From contig NC_043002.1 in assembly GCF_006345805.1 (NCBI RefSeq), positions 98,704,001-98,768,000 of the forward strand: DNA of 64,000 nucleotides. Reading direction: 5' to 3'. A model generated the notes under the pieces. The model worked only from the letters and a program-made list of their open reading frames with translations, had not been told where the DNA came from and searched no databases. Shown piece after piece: positions 1 to 12,720 of this stretch (positions are counted from its first letter, which is position 1; each line of letters begins with the position of its first letter). A program made the position numbers and the translations under genes. Origin of the DNA: Octopus sinensis (Eukaryota).

Positions 1-112
1 GAGCTTTTAGGTGTTTTTGCTCAATAAGCACTCACAACGCCTGGTCTGGGAATCGAAGCCGCGATCCTATGACCGCGAGTCCGCTGCCCTAACCACTGGG
101 CCATTGCGCCTC

Positions 113-115
<3 letters not shown>
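1..115 (-). mobile_element. tRNA-derived SINE, 5' part (same family as 522-839), cut by window edge
   Basis: Reverse complement reads GTGGAGGCGCAATGGCCCAGTGGTTAGGGCAGCGG...GGCTTCGATTCCC (Pol III A and B boxes) and matches the head of the 522 copy. Confidence 0.85.
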
Positions 116-145
<30 letters not shown>

Positions 146-521
146 CAGTCTGTCTGTTCAACATGTTTCGTTCAATTTCCATCTATAAAATTCACTCACA
201 AAGCATTGGTTGATCTGGGGCTATAGTAGATAACACTTACCTAAGGTGCTGTGCAGTGAGATTGGGTTTGAAAATAATCGGCAGTGAAATAAACTTTTTA
301 ATTACAGCCATGACCACACCTTGCTAGGTTGCTTCATTTCCATGTTTATAACATTTCAGAAAATTCTTGACATCATGCCCTCAACTTCACTTGCCTAAAA
401 ATGATTTACTTTTGTATCTCATTCTACTAAAGACCTAGTTGGTTTACTAAAGGCTTACTTCTGCTCTATGATACATTTTCTGCTGTTGAGATTTTATATA
501 ATGAAAATAATAACTAAGATG

Positions 522-839
522 GTGGAGGTGCAATGGCCCAGTGGTTAGGGCAGCGGACTCGCGGTCGGAGGATCGTGGTTTCGATTCCTTGACCGGGTGT
601 TGTGTGTGTTTATTGAGCGAAAACACCTAAAAGCTCCACGAGGCTCTGGCAGGGGGTGGTGGCGACCCCTGTTGTACTCTTTTGCCCCAACTTGCTCTCA
701 CTCTTTCTTCCTGTTTCTTGAGTAATGTTGCAATGGACTGGCATCCCGTCCAGCTGGGGAACACATATGCCACAGAAACTGGGAAACTGGGCCCATGAGC
801 TTGGCTAGGCTTGAAAAGGGCACATAAAATAGAAATGTT
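522..839 (+). mobile_element. Full-length tRNA-derived SINE with 9-bp TSD
   Basis: A box TGGCCCAGTGG and B box GGTTTCGATTCC. Direct repeat ACTAAGATG at 513-521 and 840-848. The 3' part (GGACTGGCATCCCGTCCAG) resembles a V-domain-type SINE core (from recall). Confidence 0.85.
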
Positions 840-2999
840 ACTAAGATGTCATAATAGAATAAGCATTAAGGAAAAACTACAACAATGGTTATTGGGTTGG
901 AAGGAAACAATACCAATCAACTGTGGTAACTTAGGTTTGTCATGAGACCTAGGACTCATAAGACCTGAGCTAAACTTAGTTTGCATGGTGTATAAGTAAC
1001 TGGGATGGGCTACCAGTCCTTTAGAGAATTAAATCTAAAGGATTGGTTAGAGTCCTTTAGATATTTAAAACTGAGAGGACTGAACCAATGTGAAATGAAA
1101 TCATTGTCATCATTCAACATCTGGTGTCCTCTTATGCCTAACTTCACTCTCAGAACATTAGCACTGTGTCAAACATGTACACTTACATTACACATATAGC
1201 AGAACATACTAGCCCCTTTGCATGTCCTCTGCAGTCAGGGCCCACATCTCACTATCATGTAGAATTGCTGTCCATATACATGCATCATACACTCTTCCTT
1301 TCACTCGGAGAGAGCACCACCCAGTCTAATAATCTGAAACATGATTGTAAGATCCTGAGTACAACACCCTTATCTCTAGGCCATGCACCTTAACTCTTTG
1401 ACAGCACCCCAGAAAAACAGAAAAAATCTTTTTCAGCAGTATTAAGATAAGCTATTTTTAAGTCTCAGTCAGAGAGAGGGCTACACTGTTGACTCCTACT
1501 GCAAGGTGTCTGAGGTTAATGGGAGGAAAATGGCAGATAAACCACAATTAATGGCTTATTCTCAAACTAGAGATCTGCTCTGAATGCTTATAGCAGAGTA
1601 TTCTCTGCTAAAGTCACACATGGTCAGATGGTGGTGTTCAGCTAGGTGTTTGCTGATGATTTCAAAACAGAATGAAATGATATACATAACTACCTATTAC
1701 TAATAAAAAACAGAAAACTATTCAGAAAAAATAAAGTAGATATGTATATTCTGTGCATCTTCCTTGTTCCATTTAGATTTATGATTTGAACTCCTCACTC
1801 TCTCATGATTTATCTTTCATCAACAAGTGATTATCTCCCTTAAAGTAACTGCCACCCAGGTACCACATGTTCAAAAGACTCAAGTGTTTTCAGAATAATG
1901 AAATGCATTTCAGAAACATTTTTGAATTTATTAAAAAAATCAAATAGACAATGATAATAATTCAAGATATATAATATGTAAATATACTTTTAGCTTATAT
2001 TATATCATTTTGTGATAGACCTGAGTAAGTCTTTTCCAGTTTTGGATAAATTCTTAGCAAGGTTAACCCATTGCAGATGGATTTAGTACTGACAGTTTGT
2101 GCTGTGTACTGGTACTAGATGTTCAGTAACTAGATACTTTTTCATATAAGGAACTTTAGAGTGTTTTCACAAATACTTCTCAGTGTGGTATATTTGAAAA
2201 ACCACAGTGCCACACAGAACAGGACATCACACTGCTCTCACACAGTGTCTTGATGTGGTCGATACCACTCCCCGTCTGCAAAGAGCCAACAAGAAAATGA
2301 GTTAGTTTTATGTTATGAATTTTTAAAGCAGCGGTGAGGGGCACCCCTCATCCAATTCAAACTTGAAACCTTTGATACTCTTTGCTAATGGTGTCTTTAA
2401 TAAATGATAAAAACAAACAAACAAATGATTTGTATCTCAATACCAAAACAGTTATTTAATACACATCACATATTTATGAATTTGTAACATTAAAAATACA
2501 TTATTTCTTTTAGTGCAGATGTCCTCTCCATGGTTTCTTAACTTACATTTCATTCTTGGTTCTACAAACGTTCCCTACCCTTGATTTAAAGAAAGTGAGA
2601 GCAGTGAAGTATCACAAGCAGTTGAGCTCTGATCACATTTATGTGACTAGTGATATTTAGTTACATTCCTCAATGTACTGAGTTCAAATTATGTCAGGGT
2701 CAGTTATGTTGTTTATCCTATATATCAAGATGATTTCAAATGACTTATCCTTTGAAAGTCTGTGACCCAAAATCCATAAACTAGATGATAGTGTATAGAT
2801 CCAATGATTTTATAAGCTGTTGATGGAAAACTAAACGAAAGGGAACTATAACTGAACTAATATATACATACATATATATATAAATCTTTAGGTAAATATA
2901 TTCAATAAGAATATTATATACTGAGTGCTCCATTGTATAAAAATATTAATACTATTAATGTATTTATATATTTAATACGAGTGATATATACATATATTT

Positions 3000-3500
3000 T
3001 TTTATAATATATTATCATTAATAAAGAAAACCAATATCCAAACTCATTATAACGATATACCCGTGTGAAAGAAATTATTGTATTAAAAATATATATAAAT
3101 AAATATAAAAATATAAATATAATGTATAATATAAATTTGATACTTTAAAAATTTTGAATTAATTATTTAAGCATCTTACAATCGTTTCGCAGAAGAGTTG
3201 TCCCTATAATGAAATCCTATATTGATAAGCATTTATAGACAACCCTTCTGCTCTTCAGAGATATAAAATATGAATATTGTATAATACATCGAATAATAAT
3301 TAAAAAAAAAATTTGAAGTAAAATTGTAAAATGGTGTTTGTTTGAAATGTAAAATCTTATTTATTTTATACATTATATTTATATTTTTATATTTATTTAT
3401 TTATATATATTTTTAATACAATAATTTCTTTCACACGGGTATATCGTTATAATGAGTTTGGATATTGATTTTCTTTATCATTAATAATAATAATAATATA
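3000..3500. mobile_element. Non-autonomous element with ~110-130-bp inverted arms enclosing a hammerhead motif
   Basis: About 3022-3129 is a near-perfect reverse complement of about 3365-3478 (ATAAAGAAAA...CCCGTGTGAAAG...GTATAA). Confidence 0.75.
3173..3262 (-). ncRNA. Type I hammerhead ribozyme motif, intact core
   Basis: Minus strand: AUCU-CUGAAGA-[GCAGAAGGGUUGUC/GACAACUCUUCUGC, 14-bp stem II]-GAAAC-gauu-GU-A-AGAU. All core nucleotides present, GUA triplet, 4-bp stem I. Confidence 0.8.
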
Positions 3501-3515
3501 TTATTAAAATATATA

Positions 3516-3795
3516 TCATTATCATCATCATCATCATCGTTTAGCGTCCGATTTCCATGCTAGCATGGGTTGGACGGTTCAACTGGGGTCTGGGAAGCCA
3601 GGAGGCTGCACCAGGCCAGTCAGATCTGGCAATGTTTCTACGGCTGGATGCCCTTCCTAACGCCAACCACTCCGTGAGTGTAGTGAGTGCATTTTACGTG
3701 CCACCGGCACTGGTGCCAGGCGAGGCTGGCAACGGCCATGAACGGATGGTGCTTTTTATGTGCCACCGGCATGAGGCCAGTTGGGGCGGCGCTGG
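3516..3795 (-). mobile_element. RTE-tailed SINE-like element (family B)
   Basis: Reverse complement ends GGTTGGCGTTAGGAAGGGCATCCAGCCGTAG...GCTAAACG(ATG)n, a 3' tail of the type associated with RTE LINEs. Confidence 0.75.
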
Positions 3796-3873
3796 GTATG
3801 TATATGTATCTGTATATATGTATATATATACATATATATATATAGATATATATATAGATATATATATATATAC

Positions 3874-4000
<127 letters not shown>

Positions 4001-4082
4001 ATTGTTAAAGAGGACAACAAATACTAAAGCAGGACAAACACTTCAAGTTATATACAATATTGTTATTGGAAAAAATTCAAAG

Positions 4083-4138
4083 GCTAACAGCTGTTTCTGG
4101 GATATCCCTGAAGATGGGATATTCCCTCATCAGAGACA
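4083..4138 (-). ncRNA. Minimal type I hammerhead motif, core intact, weak stem I
   Basis: Minus strand: ucu-CUGAUGA-GGGAAUAUCCC/GGGAUAUCCC-A-GAAAC-agcu-GU-U-ag. Stem III is the palindrome ACAGCUGU. One extra A precedes GAAAC, and stem I has only 2-3 bp. Confidence 0.6.
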
Positions 4139-4182
4139 AATAGGGAAAATGAGTATGGCCAAAACCTATCAAAGTATATATA

Positions 4183-5035
4183 CAGGGTGCCATGGGTAAA
4201 TTCTCGCCATTTTATACTTTTAATTTTGTGCATGCGCATTGTTTGTTTTTTGATTTTGTTGACTACACAGTATAGTAGGGTCAATTGGGCACTCTCTGTG
4301 AGAAAAAAAGCACAATGATGCAATTCACTCTGCCAGAAATTTGGAAACAAAATGCTTGGTATTCACACTGGAAGCTCCAATATGGACATTTCAGTGCAAT
4401 CTGAAGACATGTACTGAGAGTGATATAAATCAAATATCCAGGCAACATCATGGTGTTTGGAGTGATCACTAGTGATGGCGATGCTATGTCTCCATCCATC
4501 TTCCCACATGGCCTCAGACTCAACATGCAGGCCTACATCAAGTGCTTAAAGGAGGTAGTGCTGCTCTGGGTCAAGAGGGTGCTTGTTGGAAGACTCTATG
4601 TCTGGTAACAGGACTCTGCACCATGCCGCACAAAAAGAGAACCCAGTCATGTCTGTCAGACAATTTCTGTGACCACATCACCCCTAATGTCTGGCCACCT
4701 AACTCGACAAATTGCAACCCCTTTGATTATTAGGTGAGAGCACAGTTGAACAAGAGACCAATAATACCTCTTGTAATACCAAAGATGAACTGAAAGCAAG
4801 GATTATGGAAGCATTCGCCAACTTAAATAAGGAAGCTGCCCAGAAGAGTTGCAGAGATTCAAAAGTCATCTGGAGGTCATGGTTGAAGCCAATGGCGATT
4901 TTATTGAGTGAATTTACTCTTTAGTATTTCAAGATATTTTTATGTAACTTTGGTAAATATATCTGTTAAAATGAGATGTCAGTGTTATTTTCATTTTTGC
5001 ATAGTTTAGAGATGACAGCTTATTCACCACACCAT
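4183..5035 (+). mobile_element. Degenerate, internally deleted DD37D (maT)-type Tc1/mariner transposon
   Basis: Starts TA|CAGGGTG. Encodes, with stops and frameshifts, VFGVITSDG...QDSAPC...DHITPNVWPPNSTNCNPFDY...KDELKARIM...VVEANGDFIE. Its 3' end matches the minus-strand fragment at 28011-28272. Confidence 0.8.
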
Positions 5036-5163
5036 CACTATATATATATGCATATGTATGTGTGTATGTGTATATATATATATAATATATATATTATATA
5101 TATATATAAATAATATATATATATATAAATAAAAATATATATATATATATATATTACATACAT

Positions 5164-5249
<86 letters not shown>

Positions 5250-5327
5250 CCTACATATATATATATATATATATATATACCTACATATATACATATATAT
5301 ATAAATAAATATATATATATATATATT

Positions 5328-5358
<31 letters not shown>

Positions 5359-5509
5359 CAGTAAAACAATTAAGATTCAAGTGAGTTCCAATGAATTCAC
5401 ATGAATGTGGTACTTAACTTAGATGCACCAGAAATCTTTATGGTATTAACCATAAAATAATGTGGGGGTGATTATAAACAAGAAAAAAAGCAACAAGAAT
5501 GGATTAGTT

Positions 5510-5600
5510 GTTCAGTACAATTGTTTCATACGAAGAACAGATTTATTAAAAGCTGCAAAAATTGCAGCAAATACAAGTGTCCCGTATTCATCAGCCAAAA
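5510..5600 (-). ncRNA. Minimal type I hammerhead motif, intact core
   Basis: Minus strand: uuugg-CUGAUGA-AUACG...CGUAU-GAAAC-aauu-GU-A-cugaac. Stem III is the palindrome ACAAUUGU; stem I is 5 bp with two G-U pairs. Confidence 0.72.
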
Positions 5601-5770
5601 CACATATGAGTTTTCCAAACATCTTAGCGGGTGTGTATATATACATATATATATACACGCACACATATATTAATAGCAATGGTAAGACAACAAAAGAATG
5701 AAAGTGTCCTTGATATTATATAAATAGAGGAATTTATTTGTAATACTGTGACAATTATTTGGTTGGCATA

Positions 5771-5829
5771 ATAAAACTCCAAGTTTCGGATGTCGGGGCG
5801 GAAACCTGCACCAGCATCTCTTCAGTTAT
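5771..5829 (-). ncRNA. Type I hammerhead motif (left arm of a fold-back element), intact core
   Basis: Minus strand: AUAA-CUGAAGA-GAUG...CAUC-C-GAAAC-uugga-GU-U-UUAU. One bulged C at the base of stem II. Confidence 0.68.
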
Positions 5830-5877
5830 CGTGGCAATTAAAATATATTATTTAAAATACATTATTTTAATTGCCTC

Positions 5878-5938
5878 GATAACTGAAGAGATGCCAGTAC
5901 AGGTTTCTGCCCTGATATCCGAAACTCGGAATTTTATC
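5878..5938 (+). ncRNA. Hammerhead motif (right arm of the same element), damaged
   Basis: GAUAA-CUGAAGA-GAUG...UAUC-C-GAAAC-ucgga-AU-U-UUAUC. G16.2 is replaced by A at 5931, breaking the C-G pair of stem III. Confidence 0.6.
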
Positions 5939-6398
5939 ATGGCAACCGAATAGTTATATATATATGTATGTATATATAGTTAAACCATATATATGTATGT
6001 ATATATAGTTAATCCAAACATGAAAACTCAAAGAGAACACACAACAATGTGAGGACATGTTGAAATGTATATATATATATATGTAATAGAATATTTTTAT
6101 TTGTCTGAAGTTGAAGCTTCACTACATTCACTACTCTAAGCTTTTTACTTCTGGGTATTAATATTATTTCCTTGAATTCTCTCAAAAATCAGAAACTACA
6201 AGAAACAACACAGTTTTGAAATAATATAACTGTTTATGCATCTTTATTTCTACATCACAAATGATAGAAAAGCCTTCAGTATAAGTCGAGGCGTATAATT
6301 ACTGTATTTATTTGTGTATAAGTTGCACTATTCTATACTTGATTTTAATGGAAAAAACTAGGATGTGACTTATACGTGAGGTCAAGCGAAGACATTAA

Positions 6399-6616
6399 CC
6401 CTTTCGTTACTGTATTTATTTTGAGATGCTCTGTTTCTTTTAATTATTTTAAATATAACAAAGAATTTAGTAAAGTAACTTAGTTATTATCAAGCTAGTG
6501 TTAGGAACGTAAATTGTGACTAAGGCTTGGTGGAATATTTTAATTCAAAACTTATGAAAACAAGACATTTTACCACAGAGCCAGAGCCGGTTTTGGCCGG
6601 GTTAGTAACAAAAGGG
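6399..6616. mobile_element. piggyBac-type MITE
   Basis: TTAA on both sides (6395-6398, 6617-6620) and TIR CCCTTTCGTTAC. Same family as 10146-10366. Appears nested in an older TcMar-like MITE (about 6300-6690, shared TATAAGTTGCAC inverted motif). Confidence 0.88.
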
Positions 6617-7377
6617 TTAAAAGGAAAATTTTTTTTTTTACCAAGATTTAGCGCTGAAGTAGGGGTGCAACTTATAATACAGGAATACAAGTTATATATG
6701 AGTGCATCTGGTACATGAGTAAATACAATATATATATTGTATTCAGCTGATATTTCACTTTGTCACTACTTGGAGTTTATATACATACTTTCAAAGATAA
6801 GTGTGAAAAATCCAGTAATATTGAATTGAATCTGTTATGTTTTTGTTGCCATTTAAATGCTTTTCCACCTGATCATGTAGCACCATTGACCTCGGTTACA
6901 CCCCAACACATCTTTGCTTATACTAAACTTCACTGAGCACTGTGTGTGTGTGTGTTTGCAATGAAGTAAGTACCTGTTTAATTTTTTGTTTCTCTGTTAG
7001 ATGTAAGTATTGTTGATTTTTATTTAATATTTCTGTCCTAAATTTCCTCTTTTAATATTTCCTCTCTTGTTTGTGTCATCTTTTGGCTTTCTCTTTCTTA
7101 CTCACACTTTTTCTAATTTTTTTTTCTATTTTTTCCAACTTGTCTTGAATTGATCTCTGCCTTTCTAATACAATGTTATTGCTTTTGACTTCTTAAAGTC
7201 AGTTTTGGTGATGGCCACATTTTTATTTATTTATTATTTTTGTATCTTTTTTTTTTGCAAACTGCTTTGTTACATAAAAGATATTTATAAAGCAAACTAA
7301 TTTATAACATTCAGATTTGTGTGTATAATTACTTTCAGAATAAATTGATATCCAACGCCTCATTTATACGGTTATTT

Positions 7378-7413
<36 letters not shown>

Positions 7414-7533
7414 CATGTGGGAGATAATCTTAAGCCAGTTTCTTTATATAATTTAAAGTAATGTATAGATTAGTTCTCACTAATTTAATAGCAATTAATA
7501 CTTACTGACAGAAAATCCACATTGCCACTCCAT

Positions 7534-7694
7534 AGGTGCAGGAGTGGCTGTGTGGGAAGTAGATTGCTTACCAGCCACATGGTTCTGGGTTCAGTCCCAC
7601 TGCGTGACACCTAGGGCAAGTGTCTTCTACTGTAGCCTTGGGCCAACCAGAGCCTTGTGAATGGATTTGGTAGACGGAAACTGAAAGAAGCCCG

Positions 7695-7733
<39 letters not shown>

Positions 7734-7929
7734 TATGTTTGTGTGTCTGTGTTTGTCCCCCCCCCCAACATCGCTTAACAACCGATGTTGGTGTGTTTAC
7801 ATCCCCGTCACTTAGCGGATTGGCAAGAGAGACCGATAGAATAAGCCCTGGGGTTGATTTGCTTGACTAAAGGCAGTGCTCCAGCATGGCCGCAGTTAAA
7901 TGACTGAAACAAATAAAGGAATAAAAGAA
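7534..7929 (+). mobile_element. tRNA-derived SINE family A with internal (TA)n/(TG)n
   Basis: Head GGAGTGGCTGTGTGG...GGTTCAGTCCC, CORE-like CCTTGGGCAAGTGTCTT segment, and tail CAGCATGGCCGCAGTCAAATGACTGAAACAAGTAAAAGAG. Confidence 0.88.
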
Positions 7930-8103
7930 TTGCCCTTTAAAATATTTCTTCTCCTTTTCTTTCATTTTTCTCTGCTCTCCTGCATTTTCTCTGTACATAG
8001 AGCCTCTACATGGTTGTCAAAGTTGCTAGAAATGACAGTCAAATCTTTAATCACATCATCCCACAAATGAAGATACACTGATTAATTAAGTCCTATATAT
8101 AGG

Positions 8104-8297
8104 TGTGCAGGTGGCACGTAAAAAACACCCACTACACTCGCGGAGTGGTTGGCGTTAGGAAGGGCATCCAGCCGTAGAAACACTGCCAGATCTGACTGGG
8201 CCTGACGAAGCCTTCCAGCTTCACAGACCCCAGTTGACCTGTCCAACCCATGCTAGCATGGAAAGCGGACGCTAAACGATGATGATGATGATGATGA
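8104..8297 (+). mobile_element. Family B RTE-tailed element, 3' part
   Basis: Same tail sequence ending in (GAT)n. Confidence 0.75.
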
Positions 8298-8983
8298 TAT
8301 ACTCTATACTTACATTAATAAAATTTAGCATTAGCCAATGCGGAAGCTTCTACATGAGTGGTTCTTAACCTGAGTCCATATGAGCATTGGGAGTTCATGT
8401 AAGATTTAGGTGTTAAAATCTATGTGCCATAAATTAGTTATACTTTACAATACACAAAATATTTTAGCAATTTTTTAAATACAATTCTGGCTTGATATAA
8501 TTTTGACTGGGGACTTTAAGCTGGACTCAGCCCAGAGTTAATAAGATACCAACCCTGGCTCTATATATACTGTGTGTGTATGTGCGCGTGAATGCGTGGG
8601 TGTATATATTCCCAAAATATATTTATTATCTAATTATTGATATTTGTTTCCAAATAAACTGACAGCATGCCATTGTTAATAATGATAAGAAGAAAATTTC
8701 TTTATAATCTTTGAAGCTTCATACTCAAAAGTGTGCTGAATAAAAAAGCCTTTCACTCACATTTGTGTAATTTTTATAAAGACATTTCTTATTTGTTACA
8801 TATTTTTTTCATCAAATGTCTGTGACTTATGCAGCTTATTTCAGTCATTACGATTAACACAATATAACTGGTATTAATATAAGTGTGCGAGCGTGCGCAT
8901 GTATATATATATATACCAAAAGACCTTCTATCTATAAATGCTCTAATATCTACACTTTTTTATCTTATTACGCAAAAAATTCT

Positions 8984-9015
<32 letters not shown>

Positions 9016-9050
9016 TATATATACACATATATATATACATATATATATAT

Positions 9051-9099
<49 letters not shown>

Positions 9100-9769
9100 T
9101 CGAAACTGCAGCTTCACAAACATCATTTTATATAGCTTTGCTTCATAAATTCGCACGACAATTAATAAATGTATTTTCGTGTTTACAAATATTTAAACAT
9201 GTGTTGCATGTATGTACTTATTTAAAAAAATCTATGTGTATCTATCTATATATATATGAGTATGTGTTCCTAATTGTGTGTTATTGTTTGTATGTATCAC
9301 AGTTTATATATACATATACATATATATACCTTCGCTTGGAGTACTTACGTAAAAATTGTTTTCAAGGGAGATAACACTCATCAATACACTTGAGAGTTAC
9401 TTCCCTTATACTAATCGCGCTTTCTCGCATTTATTTCTCTTATTTTCTTTCGTTTCCTTAAATTTTTAGCGCTTTTTTTTTTTTGCTGGTTCTGGATCAA
9501 CTTTATAATCTATGGAAACTATAATAGAATTGCTAGAATTTTCTCTGATACTCACTCTCTCTTTCTCTTTCTTTCGCTTGCATACATGCTCTTACATGCA
9601 ATACACAAGAAACAGGCTAATGAGACTATTTCTACTTGGTTGAGAGACATGCTTGAAATAGCAGCTAAATCTCCTTCAAACAACATCCTATCTTATAAAA
9701 AAAAAAAATGAAAAAAATCCCCAAACCCAGAAACAAAAGAAAAAAGACGAGATACTCATAACCAGAATT

Positions 9770-10428
9770 GGCATCTTTTCGGTTTGAACGGCAGTTTTTT
9801 CTAGTGGTGTCATATGAAATTGTCACCCATAATTATGACCCTAGAATCGATCTATTGCATTTCAATCTGTTTTAGGGTTAGGATTAGTTAGGGTTAGGTG
9901 TTGAGTGAAGGGTATCTTTTATTTTCTTCACATATGTAAATAAACCCAATCTGTTTCTTAAACGAGGGACATATTCATACGGCACAGAATGTTTTTTTTT
10001 ACCTCAATAGACGTCACTGATTGGTTGAAAATGCAGAAATTGAAGAAAATCAACAACAAATATCTTACAAACTATAGAATTTTCTCAATAAAGCCAAGAG
10101 AAAAATATGTTTTATAAACACATTCTACCAGTATATGAAGTTTAACCCTTTCGTTACCATATTTATATTGAGATGCTCTGTGTTTCTTTCAATTATTTTA
10201 GATGTAACAAAGAATTTAGTAAAATAACTTAGTTATCATTAAGCTAGTGTTAGGAACATAAATTGTGACTATGGTTTGGTGGAAGATTTTAATCCAAAAT
10301 TTATGAAAACAAGACATTTGTCCTACAGAGCCAGAGCCGGTTTCAGCCGGGTTGGTAACGAAAGGGTTAAAATGTTTTAGTTACCTAGAAATTATGTTAA
10401 AAACTGCCGTTCAAACCGAAAAGATCCC
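9770..10428. mobile_element. MITE with 29-bp TIRs and internal TTAGGG-like repeats
   Basis: GGCATCTTTTCGGTTTGAACGGCAGTTTT at the left end and its near-perfect reverse complement at 10400-10428. Flanking direct repeat AGAATT (or CAGAATTG). Confidence 0.85.
10146..10366. mobile_element. piggyBac-type MITE nested in the 9770-10428 MITE
   Basis: TTAA TSD at 10142-10145 and 10367-10370; perfect 13-bp TIR CCCTTTCGTTACC. Confidence 0.92.
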
Positions 10429-11068
10429 AGAATTGTTTTGAACAGAGTTCTACTCTATCTGGGCGAAACTAAAACATTAACAAATAACGAATTGTATGAT
10501 AATGCATTCTGTTTGCACAAGAACATTTTGGAACAATTTTAATATCTAAAACATTAATGATGATCAGATTTGATAGTAACACTTACATACATACATAAAT
10601 AGAGTAAATTAATGCATAACAGATCAAACGACTGCTCTGATTGATAACATTAATTGATCATTAATTATAACCATTAAATAATTGTGCATGTGTGTGTGTG
10701 TGTATGTATGTATATATATATATATGTATATATATGTATATATATATATATATGTATCATCGATTGACGTCCATTAACCGGGTAGGTATGGGTTAGACTA
10801 TGTAATATACATATATATGTATCTAAATATATATGTATACATATATATATTTAGATATATATGGACACAAATGTATATATACATATGAATATATAAAATG
10901 CATACCTGCATACATACATATATAATATATAATGTATGTGTGTCATTTCACACATGTATAGAAATGTATATATATATATATATATATATATACATACACA
11001 TACACACACACACATATATATATATAATGTAGGTGTGTCAATTCACACACATATAGAAATGTATGTAC

Positions 11069-11109
<41 letters not shown>

Positions 11110-11132
11110 TATATAAATACATACATACATGC

Positions 11133-11167
<35 letters not shown>

Positions 11168-11326
11168 TACACACAATATACATATCATCATAATCATCAA
11201 TTAACATTAATTTTTCCATGATGGTATGAGTTGGACTATATAATATATTTGTATTTATGTGTATAAATATATATGTATGTCAATCCACACACATATAGAA
11301 ATGTATGTATGATTTTATATATAAAC

Positions 11327-11374
<48 letters not shown>

Positions 11375-12720
11375 ATATATGCATATATTTAACACACATA
11401 CATGCACACACATACATATGGATGCACACCTTATATCCATGAAATTAGGAAAATCTATTTTTTATTATAAAATGTGAATGTAGAAAAATTCATAAACAAT
11501 CTTATTTCTGAATCTATTTGATACTTTTATCTCTTTTTTCTCATTAATTGCTTTGCCTGCTTCGTTAATTTCTTTGCTTTCTGTCTGTTTCTTTTGAGCT
11601 TTAAATTAGCATTATTCAACTATTTCATCTCCTTATCCAACTGAAAATCTCGTGAAACATTGACAATAAACTGTATTTAAATGAATCAATTTATAAGATT
11701 CTGTATTTTTCTTCATATTAACTAAGTATTACTTGAGTAAAAATGGAAGACCTACTAATTATTATATACATAATACAAAATAAAAAATATATTCTAAGAT
11801 AATGTAATGGTAATAAAATTTTTTTTAAATATAGTATATTAGTATAATATCATAATTATCATAATAATTTAAATACATAATTACTAATTTAAACATAATT
11901 ACTAATTATCTTATATTGAGCTAAATTCAGTTTTAGTGACTAAAAAGAAAAACAATAAATAAATGATTGAGAGCCAAAGAAACATATTTTTACTTACATC
12001 TCTGAAGCATGATGAAGAAAATTTCAGAATAAATTATGTTTGTAATTGAAATGTTTTCATTTTATGTAATTTAACTTAATACTTGTCGTTTATAAATCCT
12101 CAAGAATATTTTTCTAAATTTTCCATGCTTTTTTAAATCAAAGGAGCTAACTGCCTATTGTTTTTCCTACATTTAAATGCTTAGATATTTTATTATTTTA
12201 GAACTTTTAAAATATAAAGATTAAAAAGTACTTTTTACAATGGTTTTTAAGTAATCCATGTAACTAAATTGATTTGGACATCAATTGAAGAGAGGACACA
12301 TCCTTTTATTATATTCTTAATAATCCTAATCTTAATAAAAAAATCATCCAAATATGATATTAGGCTTGCAGGCAATATTTCTATGTTAACAATGAACTTG
12401 CTTTTAAATGTTAAAAAAGGAGAGAAGAGAGAAAGGGAGCTGTGGTTGAAGTACCTGTTGAATTGTTGTGTGTGTGAGTGTGTGTGTGTGTAATATTTTA
12501 TTTTATTATTTTATGTTATGTAGCATAGCCTGAAACATAATACAAAATACCAAGTTTGCTGGAAATCTTTGAGAAAACCACAACATGACATATCTTTCAT
12601 CTGTCTTATTGCTGAATCTCTTGTCTCTCATAAGGCTTCACTTTCTGTATTTCTTTTTGTTTTATTATTATTATTATTTTACAAAGTTTATATTATATTC
12701 TTTTTCCTTCATTCCACTAG

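Noticed and set aside
522-600. tRNA-like sequences at SINE heads (also 47036 and family A and C heads)
   Set aside because: They keep A and B boxes but no complete cloverleaf, and run into SINE bodies.
2180-2310. Possible minus-strand exon after a TTGCAG acceptor-like site
   Set aside because: Short frame with no recognisable domain and no partner exons.
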